Virus record (IMG/VR): IMGVR_UViG_3300032291_003166
Length of the DNA stretch: 64,000 nucleotides
Strand: one strand, 5' to 3'
DNA from: a virus
Lineage: Duplodnaviria > Heunggongvirae > Uroviricota > Caudoviricetes
In this document: positions 1-10,955 of the stretch, piece by piece
Position numbering within the stretch: the first letter of the stretch is position 1
How the letters are laid out: each line of letters starts with the position of its first letter
Notes under the pieces: generated by a model
Told to the model about the DNA's origin: nothing
Database searches by the model: none
The model's input: the letters and a program-made list of their open reading frames with translations, nothing else
Translations under genes and position numbers: made by a program

Positions 1-1001
1 GCTTGTGCATCTAAATTAGCTGTTGGAGAATTACTTTCTGCTAATGATGAACTAGCTGCTGTATATTCTTCAATATTTGTTAATTTATATTTGAATCCAT
101 CTAAACGACGTGCTGCACTTGAGTAGTGGACAAAATTTTCATAATCAGTGTAATCAACATTAAGAGCAAAATTTGAAGCACTTAACTGTCCTAACAACTG
201 TTGTAGTTGAGGAGCAAATTCTCCTTGAAAACTAGTTACCTCTGTAAAATTATAATATGGAGTAGGACCTACTCTTAAATTATCCAAATCTAAATCAAAA
301 TTTGGACCACGTAAAGTAGGATAAGTTACAGGTACAGAGTCTACTATTATGTTAACTTCAAATGCTTGTGGGTTTGATATCTCATCTACTATTAATAAAG
401 TATCATTAACTTTATAATTTACCGGTAGTGGATTTAATAATTTAATTAATACTGAATATGGATTTGTATTAGTATCTAAAGCTATATTAATTGCTGGATA
501 TAAATTATTTTCTCCAAAGTTAAGATAAAATTCTTTAAAGTAAGTTAAGTTTTGAATCTCATTAATAAAATTAATAGTTCCAGACTCAATAATATCATTT
601 GTAATATTATTTGTACTTAATCTTATTTCAGTTCTGTCACTTGATATTTCCTTAATAAAAAAAGCTTTATTATTTTCTTCTACTATCTTAGGCCTAAGAA
701 TATTATAATATACTTTATAATCTCCAAATTGAATGCCTAAATTTTGTAAATCAATATCAGGAGTAAATTCTAATTCTTGAATAGAATAAGTATCTGTAGG
801 TTGAAAATTTCCAGGAGTTTTATATCCTGTGAATGGAGATACAGAATATAATCTTTTATCAGATGGATCAAAAACATGCATTTCTACAAAATCTTGATTT
901 GCACCAAAATTTCGAGTCATATTTTGAGACGGAACTAAATCTGTTGAAGATCCCGTTAAAATATTGTTAACGATAGGTAATTTAGTAACTGTTGTAGCCA
1001 T
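1..1001 (-). CDS. virion structural protein (tail-fibre/baseplate module), 3' part beyond window edge
   Basis: Uninterrupted minus-strand frame from ATG at 999-1001 to position 1 (MATTVTKLPIVNNILTGSS...). Lies in the tail module. Confidence 0.6.
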   Translation of the reverse strand, partial: MATTVTKLPIVNNILTGSSTDLVPSQNMTRNFGANQDFVEMHVFDPSDKRLYSVSPFTGYKTPGNFQPTDTYSIQELEFTPDIDLQNLGIQFGDYKVYYNILRPKIVEENNKAFFIKEISSDRTEIRLSTNNITNDIIESGTINFINEIQNLTYFKEFYLNFGENNLYPAINIALDTNTNPYSVLIKLLNPLPVNYKVNDTLLIVDEISNPQAFEVNIIVDSVPVTYPTLRGPNFDLDLDNLRVGPTPYYNFTEVTSFQGEFAPQLQQLLGQLSASNFALNVDYTDYENFVHYSSAARRLDGFKYKLTNIEEYTAASSSLAESNSPTANLDAQ

Positions 1002-1002
1002 T

Positions 1003-1347
1003 TTATGCTTGGGTTCCTATTTCAATTTCAGATGTTATTAACAACTGATTTTTAAGATTAATATTTTCTTCTCTTAGATTATCAATTTCAGTTTGTAAAT
1101 CTTCTAATGATAAACCTATATAATCTAAACTTCTTGTAGCTAAAGCTAAATGTGATTCATCTGAACCAGATGGAGGTATGTCATAAAATAACACATCATA
1201 CTCATTAAAAAACTCAGATACATTCATATCAGGATTGATAAGAGTATCTTTTGTTGGTTTAACTAATTGTGAAAATTTAGTATTTACAACATTATTAAAA
1301 TCAGATAAACTATAAATAGTTTTTTGTACTTTTATTTGTTCAGCCAT
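1003..1347 (-). CDS. hypothetical protein with C-terminal coiled coil (tail-fibre associated?)
   Basis: 114 aa ORF with heptad-like C-terminus (LEDLQTEIDNLREENINLKNQLL). Stop is 1 nt before the next start. Confidence 0.5.
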   Translation of the reverse strand: MAEQIKVQKTIYSLSDFNNVVNTKFSQLVKPTKDTLINPDMNVSEFFNEYDVLFYDIPPSGSDESHLALATRSLDYIGLSLEDLQTEIDNLREENINLKNQLLITSEIEIGTQA

Positions 1348-1349
1348 TA

Positions 1350-2444
1350 TTAAACAGTTTGAGATACTTTAAAGTAATAATCATCATCAAAAATATAAGT
1401 ACCACCATCAATAATGGATTTAATTTGTATTTTATAATAACGATCTGGTTCTAAACCATTCATATATAATCTAAAATAACTACTTTCAGAGTCAATACTT
1501 AGTTGGGTTGCTACATTATCAAAATCAATTATTGTATTATTTGAATTTAAATCAATAATTGAATAATATGATTGTACAGGTAAACATTTATTATATTTGT
1601 TTAATGAAGTAGCTGAGTATACTCTAGCAGGATATTTTTCACGAGCATATACCCTAAATCTTACATATTCGTTATCATAAAATGTATTTTTATTATTAGC
1701 AATTGCTATATTAATTTCTTCATCAGTTATGAATACAGACGAGCCTGTATCGAATATACTATCCTTCCATTTAAACTCCAAGCAAGGTGGATAAATAGTG
1801 TTAGTATCTCTTGAGAAGAAATTAAAGGTATAAGTATAGTTTGGATTAAATTCTAAAGTATTTGAATTTTTAAGTATAAATCCATTATTAGGAATTAAAC
1901 TTGACGTCCAAGCTGCTACAGTATTTGTAACATTAATATTAATATCTTTAGTAGAAAAATAATCAAATGATTGAGATACACCATAAGATGAAGTATACCA
2001 AGCAGCACCACCTTCAATACCTGTAAAATAAGATGAAGTAACACCTGTTGGTAAACCAGTTACTGCCCAAGCATTTGTTTGATTAGCTGACCTATATTTC
2101 CAACTAACTCCATCATCTGTTTCAGGAAGGTTATTAAAACGTCCTGTTCCCATATCCCAACTTTGATATAATGGATAACATTCTATGTTAAAATTAGTCG
2201 GAATACCATCAACATTAGCATTGTATAATTTTAAAGAAGCAGAATAACTGCCACTTATTTTACTCAATACATCAGTTATATCAGTATTATCAAATTTGAT
2301 TAAAACACGACCAGTAGATGATGAAGGATAAAGGAATGGACTGTTTTTAGATAGATCTAAAATCGAATCCAATCCTGCATTTAATGTACTATAGTCAGTA
2401 TAGATTGTTGTATCCTGTGAAGGAAAAATTTTATATACACCCAT
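1350..2444 (-). CDS. putative tail fibre / receptor-binding protein
   Basis: 364 aa N/T/S/Y-rich beta-type composition, located between the baseplate genes and the distal tail gene. Confidence 0.4.
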   Translation of the reverse strand: MGVYKIFPSQDTTIYTDYSTLNAGLDSILDLSKNSPFLYPSSSTGRVLIKFDNTDITDVLSKISGSYSASLKLYNANVDGIPTNFNIECYPLYQSWDMGTGRFNNLPETDDGVSWKYRSANQTNAWAVTGLPTGVTSSYFTGIEGGAAWYTSSYGVSQSFDYFSTKDININVTNTVAAWTSSLIPNNGFILKNSNTLEFNPNYTYTFNFFSRDTNTIYPPCLEFKWKDSIFDTGSSVFITDEEINIAIANNKNTFYDNEYVRFRVYAREKYPARVYSATSLNKYNKCLPVQSYYSIIDLNSNNTIIDFDNVATQLSIDSESSYFRLYMNGLEPDRYYKIQIKSIIDGGTYIFDDDYYFKVSQTV

Positions 2445-2488
2445 TATTTTAGTATTATTCTAGTATAAATATGGGTTAATTATAGAAT

Positions 2489-3322
2489 TTATGCTAACAA
2501 ACTATAATATTCTTTAAAGTGTTTAATACGATCAGGTAAACCGATTGTACCTCCATTTACTCTTTTAGTAATTTTAGTAACTACTAAATCAGAAGCACCT
2601 TCATCAGCAATTTTATGTAATCCATTTTTAGAGAAGAACCAAGCAGCTGATAATAATGGATAATGAGTGGCTACTTTATCAGGCGTAACAGTCATATCTT
2701 CATTGATCGCAGAACCGAATGCTTTATAATTATCTTTACCTGTTAATTGGATATAACCACGTCCGCGGAATTTATATCCTTCACCTGTTGCTTCAGCTCC
2801 ATTACCCATTCTACCACCATATACTTTAGCAGCAATTTTAGCAGGATTACGAGCATAAGCAGCAGCTGATGCTTCAGTTGGAAAATATTTTTTAAAGATA
2901 CCATTCAAACCTTTAGCTGAGTAATTAAGATTTTCTTGTACTGCTCTAAATCCACCTGATTCATGACCACATTGGGCTAAGAAGTGAGCTAAACGTAATG
3001 GAGTATTAATCCCAAATTTAGCTGCTGTGTCAGGAATCTGAGCAATTACTGCGTCCGGAATATGTCCTTTTAGTTTATCTAATTTTAATCCTCCTATATT
3101 AACTACAGGAACAGGAGCCGGAGCTGGTGCCAGAGCTGATGTACCCATGATTTTATTCCATGTTCCATCTCCTACAATACCATCTGCTGTTAAGCCATTC
3201 TTTGCTTGAAATGCTTTAACTGCTGCTTCGGTTGCAGGACCAAAGTTTCCAATTGGATCTATTCCTAATTTTGATTGTAATAATTTAACGTTTTCGTTAT
3301 TATCGCCTTTTTTTAGTAGCAT
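2489..3322 (-). CDS. endolysin: N-terminal peptidoglycan-binding domain plus GH19 chitinase-like lysozyme domain
   Basis: The N-terminus (LLQSKLGIDPIGNFGPATEAAVKAFQAKNGLTADGIVGDGTW) matches PG_binding_1. The LAHFLAQCGHESGGF motif is diagnostic for glycoside hydrolase family 19. Confidence 0.8.
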   Translation of the reverse strand: MLLKKGDNNENVKLLQSKLGIDPIGNFGPATEAAVKAFQAKNGLTADGIVGDGTWNKIMGTSALAPAPAPVPVVNIGGLKLDKLKGHIPDAVIAQIPDTAAKFGINTPLRLAHFLAQCGHESGGFRAVQENLNYSAKGLNGIFKKYFPTEASAAAYARNPAKIAAKVYGGRMGNGAEATGEGYKFRGRGYIQLTGKDNYKAFGSAINEDMTVTPDKVATHYPLLSAAWFFSKNGLHKIADEGASDLVVTKITKRVNGGTIGLPDRIKHFKEYYSLLA

Positions 3323-3333
3323 AGTTTTAATTT

Positions 3334-5208
3334 TTAATAAGTTACAATTTTACCATAAATGTCAGTGTCTGGGTATCTTACTTCAAAGATCATAGGATCT
3401 AGAGATGGGTAAACAACTCCTTGTTTTGTAGCAGCTGATATATCATATGAGTAAGGAGAGTAATTACCACCAGCTAAGTTTTCAATATTTACTTTAATTA
3501 CTGATTGAACTCCTTTAATAGAGCCTATTAGATTATATATATCTGAATAGATAATTGGTTGGTTGATCTGCCATTTAGCTATATTAAAATAATCTTTTAA
3601 AACGCTTATACATTTAGTTAATACATCTTGTGAATTGTATGCGGGTAATATAGATATGTCGAAATTAACTTTTATATTAGCATAATACGCATCTTTAATT
3701 AATACAGCATCACTCATCATTTTGTTATATGATAAGTATGTTTTTAAATTTTGTTTTACAACATTTGACGCTCTATTTATTTTACCATCTATATTATTTG
3801 ATAAAATATAAACAGACAGTGCTAATGGGTTATTAGTGATAAAATTTTGTTTATCTGTATCATTTGCAACTAAATAATCTTGAGTCACATAAGCTTTACT
3901 TATATATCCAAATTTAGAAGGTAATGATAAAGTTCTAACTAAATAATCGGCTTTAGTTACGTTTCTATTTTGAGTTGGAAAGTTAGCTAAAGCTTGTAAT
4001 CTTATTTGTTCAGTTGTTTCTCCAGGTCCACCGCCAGATGAAGGCTCAGGATTATTAAATCTAATTGATCCATTTACAACTGAAAGAATTGATGGATCTA
4101 GATTATAAGGATCTATAAATGTATTAACTACATCATTTAAACCAATATCATCACTTGGTAAATTTGTTTGAATACCTCCACCTACTAAATAACTTACTGT
4201 TAAAGTAGTATTTGAAGGAGCAATTCCATATTCATTTGTATACTGGAAATTAGATGGATCATAAGCCATATTCATTTTACTTATACCATCTACTAAACCT
4301 AAACCAACATTATCAGGGTTAGGAATAATAACTTCATCAGGAGATGATGTAACTCCACTACCAAATTCTAATGTTAAATTGTTATCATCATTGAAGCGAG
4401 TAGTAAAACGTCTTTGTACTTTTTTAAGTCTTAATAAGAAACGAGCACTATCATCATCATTATAATAATTAGGTTCGTTAATAGCTAAATTTAAAGATTC
4501 ATCAAATACTGTATCTTGCGCTAAGTAAGGTACTTCATACCATTGGTTATTATCACTATCTGTAATACTTATCACTTCAATAATATTTGAATCATTAATA
4601 TTAACAGTAGGAAATTGTTCAGGATTACCAAAAGTAAAGGAAGTTGTTTTAACTTGTCCAGATATAGCTTCTACTGATTTCTTTAATAAATAATATTGTG
4701 GATCAGTAGTATTATTATAATATTGGTATACTACAATTTCTGTTGGATCAAATGATGATGAATGTTTAAAATCAACTGAATCTTGAGTTAAGAATGTAAT
4801 TCCTGGGTTTGAAATAGATTTAATTGAAGCATTTTTTTCTATTCTAGCTGTATATTTAAAATCAGGTTCAAATAAAGGAGCACCATCTGATGGTATTAAT
4901 TGATATATATCTAATTTAACAGATGAAGCTGTAGTTATTTTTGGTCTATATCCTAAAGCATAAGCTAAAGCAATAATATTTTTACGTTCTTGAGCGTATA
5001 ATAATAATGTTTCTTGTAATTGAGTGTCTGTATAAAATGATAAAACATCACCTACATATGCAGCCATTTCGATAAACATATTACCAGGAGCAGATGGACT
5101 AAAGTCCATATAATTATTCTTGAAATATGTTCTAGCATAATTGATTAAGTCAGATTTTAAAGTACTAAAATCCTTATCAAAATATTTAATATCAGGTACG
5201 TTTGCCAT
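3334..5208 (-). CDS. baseplate J-like / gp6-like wedge protein
   Basis: 624 aa, immediately downstream of a gp25-like gene with ATGA start/stop overlap. Gene order is typical of myovirus baseplates. Confidence 0.5.
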   Translation of the reverse strand: MANVPDIKYFDKDFSTLKSDLINYARTYFKNNYMDFSPSAPGNMFIEMAAYVGDVLSFYTDTQLQETLLLYAQERKNIIALAYALGYRPKITTASSVKLDIYQLIPSDGAPLFEPDFKYTARIEKNASIKSISNPGITFLTQDSVDFKHSSSFDPTEIVVYQYYNNTTDPQYYLLKKSVEAISGQVKTTSFTFGNPEQFPTVNINDSNIIEVISITDSDNNQWYEVPYLAQDTVFDESLNLAINEPNYYNDDDSARFLLRLKKVQRRFTTRFNDDNNLTLEFGSGVTSSPDEVIIPNPDNVGLGLVDGISKMNMAYDPSNFQYTNEYGIAPSNTTLTVSYLVGGGIQTNLPSDDIGLNDVVNTFIDPYNLDPSILSVVNGSIRFNNPEPSSGGGPGETTEQIRLQALANFPTQNRNVTKADYLVRTLSLPSKFGYISKAYVTQDYLVANDTDKQNFITNNPLALSVYILSNNIDGKINRASNVVKQNLKTYLSYNKMMSDAVLIKDAYYANIKVNFDISILPAYNSQDVLTKCISVLKDYFNIAKWQINQPIIYSDIYNLIGSIKGVQSVIKVNIENLAGGNYSPYSYDISAATKQGVVYPSLDPMIFEVRYPDTDIYGKIVTY

Positions 5209-5630
5209 TATTGTTGAGATAAAGTATTGGTTTCAACACTTATTACTAAGTTGTCAGGTTGGTTATTTATAGAGTAATCTAAAGCAATATTTACTAAATT
5301 ATTATCTGATACTCTATTAATTGTTATATCACGAATAATAATATTCGGAACATAAGCATATATTTCATTTTCTAATACAGCAGCCACATTATCAAATGTA
5401 GTATCTGGTTCAAATAAAGATGCTCTTAAATTACCACCAAATGTAGGATCAAATAAACGCTCACCTTTATTAGTTAATATATAATTAATTAAGTTAGATT
5501 TTACTTGTTCTTTAGTAGTAGTGGTTGTATTAAAAACACTTGTATCATTATTAAAGACTACACTGATACCAATTCCCTTAGGTTGCCCTACGTCTTGTGG
5601 ATTAAAGGTATATGTTGGTCTTTTTAACAT
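5208..5630 (-). CDS. baseplate wedge protein gp25/W-like
   Basis: 140 aa containing the GERLFDPTFGGNL signature of the GPW/gp25 family. Confidence 0.65.
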   Translation of the reverse strand: MLKRPTYTFNPQDVGQPKGIGISVVFNNDTSVFNTTTTTKEQVKSNLINYILTNKGERLFDPTFGGNLRASLFEPDTTFDNVAAVLENEIYAYVPNIIIRDITINRVSDNNLVNIALDYSINNQPDNLVISVETNTLSQQ

Positions 5631-6085
5631 TATAATTGTCCTTTTTCTTTCATTGTTTTCATTAATCCACTAAAATCAGGTACAGCGTCTATCTGTACTT
5701 GAGAAACATCACCTGCTGGTCTAGCTGATGATAACATTTGATCTACACTAGAAACTACTGAAGTTGCTTCAGCCACCATTGGGTTACCCATTCCGAAGGT
5801 TTGAGCATTTGATGAATCATAACTTCCCATTGAACGGAAATCACCATTCACAGCAGTTTCATTTAATATATCATTCAATATACTATTATTTGCAAACATA
5901 GTTGGAGTAACTGGTTTTGCAGGTAATGATTCTTTAATTGAATCAACTAATGAATTTTTAGTTTCAATAACGGTTTTCTTAGGTTCTGGTGTTTCCAGTA
6001 ATAATCCTAATTCTTCTCTCACAACTTGTTGTACTTCTTCTCGTACAACTTTACGTAATAATTTTACAAAGGTATCTGTCTTCAT
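5630..6085 (-). CDS. hypothetical baseplate-module protein
   Basis: 151 aa ORF translationally coupled to the gp25-like gene. Confidence 0.5.
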   Translation of the reverse strand: MKTDTFVKLLRKVVREEVQQVVREELGLLLETPEPKKTVIETKNSLVDSIKESLPAKPVTPTMFANNSILNDILNETAVNGDFRSMGSYDSSNAQTFGMGNPMVAEATSVVSSVDQMLSSARPAGDVSQVQIDAVPDFSGLMKTMKEKGQL

Positions 6086-6102
6086 GTTTATAAATATTTT
6101 TA

Positions 6103-7287
6103 TTATCCAAGTATTTGCTTAAGTTCAGTAAGTAATTCATCCTCATTACGAACTAAACTAGGTGCGGTTTGAGTAATTTTCAAATTACTAAATTTTTCAT
6201 ACGCTACTGCTTGTTTAGCTCCTGCAGGAGTTGTTATTATTCTAATTATATATTCTTTATTATTTATACTAATATATTCGTATTCTAATGTTTGAGTAGT
6301 TGGTTTATCAATAATATTAAGCAAATCACTAGAAACAGTTCCTGATGTTAAATTATTAGGTTGAGTAATAGTAAGACTTAATGTATTTAATTTGATCAAT
6401 ATTCTAGTAACTAGTCTTTGAAATACAGATAATATAGCAGTTAAAACTGTTGTTATTAATATATAATCTTTTATTTTTTCTTCTATTGGTGGAATTTGAG
6501 TAGCTGCTTCTGCTGCTGCTGTTGGATCACCGCTGGCTAAACGAGCTTTTAAAATAGCTAAATATACTCTAGCTGCTGCTAAAGCGGCTAGAATTACTTT
6601 AAGAAATATAAGTAAAGCATCAAGAGTTGTTTTAAGAATATTTACAGTCTTTTTTAAACTTTTAACTTTATTATCAAAATCTTTTTTAAATTGTTGATAA
6701 TTAGCATTATCTTTAGGTGTAAAAATTATTTTACCTCCATTAACTGTCACACGACCTTTATTTCTTAAATTCTTTTTAGTTTTATTTATTAGCCTATTAA
6801 TAATTTTATTAGCAGCTTTCTCAGCATTTATAAAATTAGATAATATAGGTAAAAGAGCGGCTACAATAACTGCTTTTGCTCCTGCAGGAGATACTTTAGT
6901 TTGTTCTTTTAAAAAATTAACTTTATCCTTAGCAGCTTTTTCTAAGTCTTCTCCTTTTTTCTTTTGCTTATCAATTATATCTTTTGCTTTTTTCTCTTTA
7001 TCTTTAGTGATATCTGAAATAGAAGAAGTATCTACTTTGGGTTCAGGTTCATTTTTATCCCTCATTTTATTAAGTAAATCTACTTCATTAGATGGTATAC
7101 GACTACTTAATATTTGTTTAGTATCCTCTATAATTACAAAATCAGGTTGGTTATTTGTAAAGGTTTGATTATTTGTTTTACCATTAAAAAGTACTTTACC
7201 ATCAACATATATAACTATATATTTTGTATATTTATCTTCATTTACAATTTCGTAAGTATATTTAGGTATATATTTTGATTTAGCCAT
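6103..7287 (-). CDS. hypothetical structural protein with K-rich region and hydrophobic helices
   Basis: 394 aa, lysine-rich centre and three hydrophobic helices (LDALLIFLKVILAALAAARVYLAIL). Confidence 0.5.
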   Translation of the reverse strand: MAKSKYIPKYTYEIVNEDKYTKYIVIYVDGKVLFNGKTNNQTFTNNQPDFVIIEDTKQILSSRIPSNEVDLLNKMRDKNEPEPKVDTSSISDITKDKEKKAKDIIDKQKKKGEDLEKAAKDKVNFLKEQTKVSPAGAKAVIVAALLPILSNFINAEKAANKIINRLINKTKKNLRNKGRVTVNGGKIIFTPKDNANYQQFKKDFDNKVKSLKKTVNILKTTLDALLIFLKVILAALAAARVYLAILKARLASGDPTAAAEAATQIPPIEEKIKDYILITTVLTAILSVFQRLVTRILIKLNTLSLTITQPNNLTSGTVSSDLLNIIDKPTTQTLEYEYISINNKEYIIRIITTPAGAKQAVAYEKFSNLKITQTAPSLVRNEDELLTELKQILG

Positions 7288-7288
7288 A

Positions 7289-7720
7289 TTATATAGTAAA
7301 TGAAGTTGGAGATTTAAAATCGTCTATTCTATTTTTTATATCTTGAAATTTACCTTTTAAAAAATTAGAAGGTATAACTAATAAAGGAGGTACAGCAGCT
7401 AAAGCAGTTACCATATCGCTATAATCAGATACTGCTTGCATTATTTCAGATAATATTTCATCTAATTGTTCACCTTTGACTATTGGTTCAGCAGAACCAT
7501 TCTTATCTAATCCAAATTGTACTCTAGGAGCGTTAACAAGAAACATATTTGCTTCATTATCACTATCTATATTACCAACATCAATTGTTACTTTTTCAGC
7601 AGCTGTTAAATTAATATATTGACGTGAAGATAAAAAAATACTATCAGAGCGTGAATTAAAAACTAAACGTCCTGATGATAATAAAATTTGTTCTCCATTA
7701 TATGTTTTTATATTCTCCAT
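7289..7720 (-). CDS. hypothetical baseplate-module protein
   Basis: 143 aa ORF, start/stop coupled to its neighbours. Confidence 0.5.
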   Translation of the reverse strand: MENIKTYNGEQILLSSGRLVFNSRSDSIFLSSRQYINLTAAEKVTIDVGNIDSDNEANMFLVNAPRVQFGLDKNGSAEPIVKGEQLDEILSEIMQAVSDYSDMVTALAAVPPLLVIPSNFLKGKFQDIKNRIDDFKSPTSFTI

Positions 7721-9033
7721 TATTTGAATACAGTTTTATTTTCTTTCCAATTTCCTATTGCTTCAAAAGTATTAGGATTTGATAAACCATTTGGTGTCCA
7801 GCTACCACCACTAAATTGAGATGTAGGAGCTATTGAAAATTTTAAATCAACAAAACCCCAAGAACCACCAATTACTCTTTTTCTAAAAGCTAATTTACCT
7901 CCCCCTCTTTGATCACCACCAGGAGCACCTGTGTTAAATTCAAGTGTATATAAAGTTCCTTGAGTACCAGAAAGTTCAGCTCCTAAAACCATTCCTATAT
8001 GACCACTACCATTAGCTTTAGTCACAGCAAATACTGCTCCTTTAAAACCTAAAGTAGAATTAAATTTATCAATACCTTCCTTAGTTAGTTTAGTACCTAT
8101 ATAATCCTTATTTCTAAGTAATGTTACAACCCCATTTATATTAAAAACTACTTGTGAACTATTATTTAATGGGAAACCACCTGCTTTATCATTACCATTT
8201 GCTGCTATAAAAGATGTTATCACACCTGCTGAACAAAACAAATTTGGAGGACATACTCTTTTAGCGACAATAACACTATGCATAGTTCCATTATATGAAA
8301 ATACTGGTAGATTTTTATTTACTACTCCATAATTAGTTGGATTCATTTTTATGGCTGAATTCACAGCGTTAGTTGATTTACATGAGTCTAAAAGAGCTTG
8401 AGCATCTGGAGTTAATTTTCCTCCCTTTACAACATTATATGTTTTACCACTTGGAGCTGTATAATTTTTAGTTTCTAATTGTGATAAAATTTGAGCTCTT
8501 TCAGTTATAGATAATGGTTTTTCTTGTCCTGTTCCATTTTCATTCACACCTGTATTATCAAATGTTTGTTCTTGTCCACTAAGTTCAGTTTCAGGTAAAG
8601 AATCTGATATCACAACTTCTTCATCAAGAGGTAAAGGTATATATGAAGGAGAAGGAGTTGGAGTAGGGGAGGGTTTTGGTTCTTCAGTTGGTAAAGAAGC
8701 TATAATAATTTCAGTACGATCTGGTTCAATTATGTTTGCTTCTTGATTTTCTGTTTCAGCAGTTATATTTAATGAATCTTGATTAACACTTCCTTGATTA
8801 TTAATATCTACGTTTCCTTCTCCAATAAACATATATGAACTATCTTCATCTGGATTTTGGCTTGTAGTTTGTAATAAACCATTCTTACGAAGTTCATCTA
8901 AATATGCTTTTGATCTAACAGATGAAAGTTTAATACCCCCCTTATTATCCATAACAACCTTAGCACCAGTTCTTGATTCTAATGAAGTTTCCCCAGGTTG
9001 AGTATTATTATAATATTGTTTTTGATCAGACAT
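7720..9033 (-). CDS. putative baseplate hub/spike protein with P/T-rich linker and C-terminal Cys/His peptidase-like domain
   Basis: 437 aa with PKPSPTPTPSPSY linker. The C-terminus carries conserved Cys (VCPPNLFCSAG) and His (GSGHIGMVLG), reminiscent of a CHAP/NlpC-type fold. This reading is unverified. Confidence 0.3.
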   Translation of the reverse strand: MSDQKQYYNNTQPGETSLESRTGAKVVMDNKGGIKLSSVRSKAYLDELRKNGLLQTTSQNPDEDSSYMFIGEGNVDINNQGSVNQDSLNITAETENQEANIIEPDRTEIIIASLPTEEPKPSPTPTPSPSYIPLPLDEEVVISDSLPETELSGQEQTFDNTGVNENGTGQEKPLSITERAQILSQLETKNYTAPSGKTYNVVKGGKLTPDAQALLDSCKSTNAVNSAIKMNPTNYGVVNKNLPVFSYNGTMHSVIVAKRVCPPNLFCSAGVITSFIAANGNDKAGGFPLNNSSQVVFNINGVVTLLRNKDYIGTKLTKEGIDKFNSTLGFKGAVFAVTKANGSGHIGMVLGAELSGTQGTLYTLEFNTGAPGGDQRGGGKLAFRKRVIGGSWGFVDLKFSIAPTSQFSGGSWTPNGLSNPNTFEAIGNWKENKTVFK

Positions 9034-9041
9034 ATTATTAA

Positions 9042-9515
9042 TTAAATAGATGGTTTAACATTGTCATCATTTGTTTTAACAAAACCAGTATTAGCTAACT
9101 TATAATCTAATTTAGTAGGATTAATGTTAGCTGGAGTTGCTGAAATTTGTGATGATCTTATAAGACTATTTTTATTTAATTCTTGTAATGTTGATATAGC
9201 ATTTAAGTAATAAACTGTTGATGTATCTTGCTCACCTAGTAAACTTGATTCCATGCTAGGTCCTATAAATAAAGGAACAACATCATCTATTTCTGGTAAT
9301 GTAATGTTATCTTTATAAGAAGGTTTTGCATTTCCTAATTTAATAGGTCCTACATTATTTTTTAAAGTATTAAATTGTATTTCTCTTGAAGAAGAATTTA
9401 CATAAGTAACTACTCCATAAAAATATGGTGACATTGTAGGAAGATTTTTTGAAGATGCATTCAATGATGAATTAGATCTCTTACTACCATATGATATAGT
9501 TGCTCCTGTCCCCAT
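9042..9515 (-). CDS. hypothetical protein
   Basis: 157 aa ORF. Confidence 0.45.
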   Translation of the reverse strand: MGTGATISYGSKRSNSSLNASSKNLPTMSPYFYGVVTYVNSSSREIQFNTLKNNVGPIKLGNAKPSYKDNITLPEIDDVVPLFIGPSMESSLLGEQDTSTVYYLNAISTLQELNKNSLIRSSQISATPANINPTKLDYKLANTGFVKTNDDNVKPSI

Positions 9516-9880
9516 TATTTATTACTTGCTTCTAATTGTTTTGTTTCAACAGGAGCAGCAGTATTACTTATTTCTTGAAATAATAATTCCTTATCACGTT
9601 CACTTAATAAACCTGCATCACTTGGATCTAAACTAGCATTCATTGCACGTTGTACAATACCAGCCATTTTGATTAAGGCATCATCATTTTTGATACCTAA
9701 TTCCATATATTCTTTTAATAAAGGAACAAGCATCATCGCGTCACCTGGCTCCTGTATCATAGGTTTCAGTTGATCGATTAATGATCTTATTTCTTTTTCT
9801 TTACGTATTGAGTTTTTATATATATCCTCTAGTAAGTTAGAAAAAGATTTACCTTTAAATAGTTCTTGATTAAAATCCAT
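9515..9880 (-). CDS. hypothetical protein
   Basis: 121 aa ORF. Confidence 0.45.
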   Translation of the reverse strand: MDFNQELFKGKSFSNLLEDIYKNSIRKEKEIRSLIDQLKPMIQEPGDAMMLVPLLKEYMELGIKNDDALIKMAGIVQRAMNASLDPSDAGLLSERDKELLFQEISNTAAPVETKQLEASNK

Positions 9881-9923
9881 TACTTATATAATTTACGTAT
9901 ATAAATATGAAAGGTAGGAAAAT

Positions 9924-10676
9924 TTAAATTGACATAGTTATATGTCCATGTTCATAATATTGATTATATTTTTTAACATAAATCAATTTTAAACGTTTTA
10001 TAATTTTCGTAATCTGAGGTGTTGAAGCGTCAGTTATTTCCTTTATATAGATATACAGTGCTTTTTTATTAAAAATATCAATGTTATCATTTTTGCGGAA
10101 TAACTCTAATATAGCATCCGCAATTTGAGCATCACGTTGTTTAGGAAATAATGTAAATAAATTAAAATCAGCGTAATAAGTAAACTGTTTTAAGAATGAT
10201 GGATTTTTATCATCATATGGATCCTTAGTATTATTTACAATATCCATTAAAATTGTTTTATCCTCATCAACTGCTTCTACAGTTGCTTTGTCTTTAAGCT
10301 TCTTATAGTTAGCGTTATTGTAGAGAATAAGGTACCTTTTTGTAATGGTACCAAAGTAACTAAATGCTTTTCCTTTTGTCTGATCATATAAGTGTAGTTT
10401 TTCTAATAAGAAAGCTACTACTTCATGTTGGAGTTCGGGGATTGTATCGACTTCTGTATAGTAAAACTTAAAAGTATGAATGATATTTTCAGCCAACTTA
10501 TGGAATGAATAATTAATTTTTTCATTAAATACTTTGTTACGTTGTGTTTGATCTGATAATGATAAATACTCTAAAATTGCATCTTCAGTTTCTTGAGTGA
10601 AGTAAACATTAGCCTTTTTTGGTTTGCGTTTACGGACAGTCCCTTTCTTAGTCAATAATACTTCTTCCTCAATCAT
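9924..10676 (-). CDS. putative phage sigma-like late transcription factor (T4 gp55-like architecture)
   Basis: 250 aa with a region (KGKAFSYFGTITKRYLILYNN) resembling sigma region 2 / gp55. It is the first gene of an operon. Confidence 0.3.
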   Translation of the reverse strand: MIEEEVLLTKKGTVRKRKPKKANVYFTQETEDAILEYLSLSDQTQRNKVFNEKINYSFHKLAENIIHTFKFYYTEVDTIPELQHEVVAFLLEKLHLYDQTKGKAFSYFGTITKRYLILYNNANYKKLKDKATVEAVDEDKTILMDIVNNTKDPYDDKNPSFLKQFTYYADFNLFTLFPKQRDAQIADAILELFRKNDNIDIFNKKALYIYIKEITDASTPQITKIIKRLKLIYVKKYNQYYEHGHITMSI

Positions 10677-10679
10677 GTT

Positions 10680-10955
10680 TTAGAAATTTTTTAAATAATG
10701 ATTTAACGAGTCTTGTATATTTTTTAGACTATTAAAGAAGAAACCGATTTGATCATCTGATTTAAATGCTTCAGTTAGTTCAACTTCGTTGAGCATTTTG
10801 TTAGATTGGTCTACAATAGCTGCAATACTATCAATAATTACTTTTTGTCTAACAGCAATTTCTTCTAATTTAACTACTTTTTGATTCAAATTCCAAATGA
10901 TATAACCAACAACAGTGGCTATCCATAATACAATTGAAATAATTCCTAATATCAT
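10680..10955 (-). CDS. small membrane protein
   Basis: 91 aa with an N-terminal transmembrane segment (ILGIISIVLWIATVVGYIIW). Confidence 0.5.
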   Translation of the reverse strand: MILGIISIVLWIATVVGYIIWNLNQKVVKLEEIAVRQKVIIDSIAAIVDQSNKMLNEVELTEAFKSDDQIGFFFNSLKNIQDSLNHYLKNF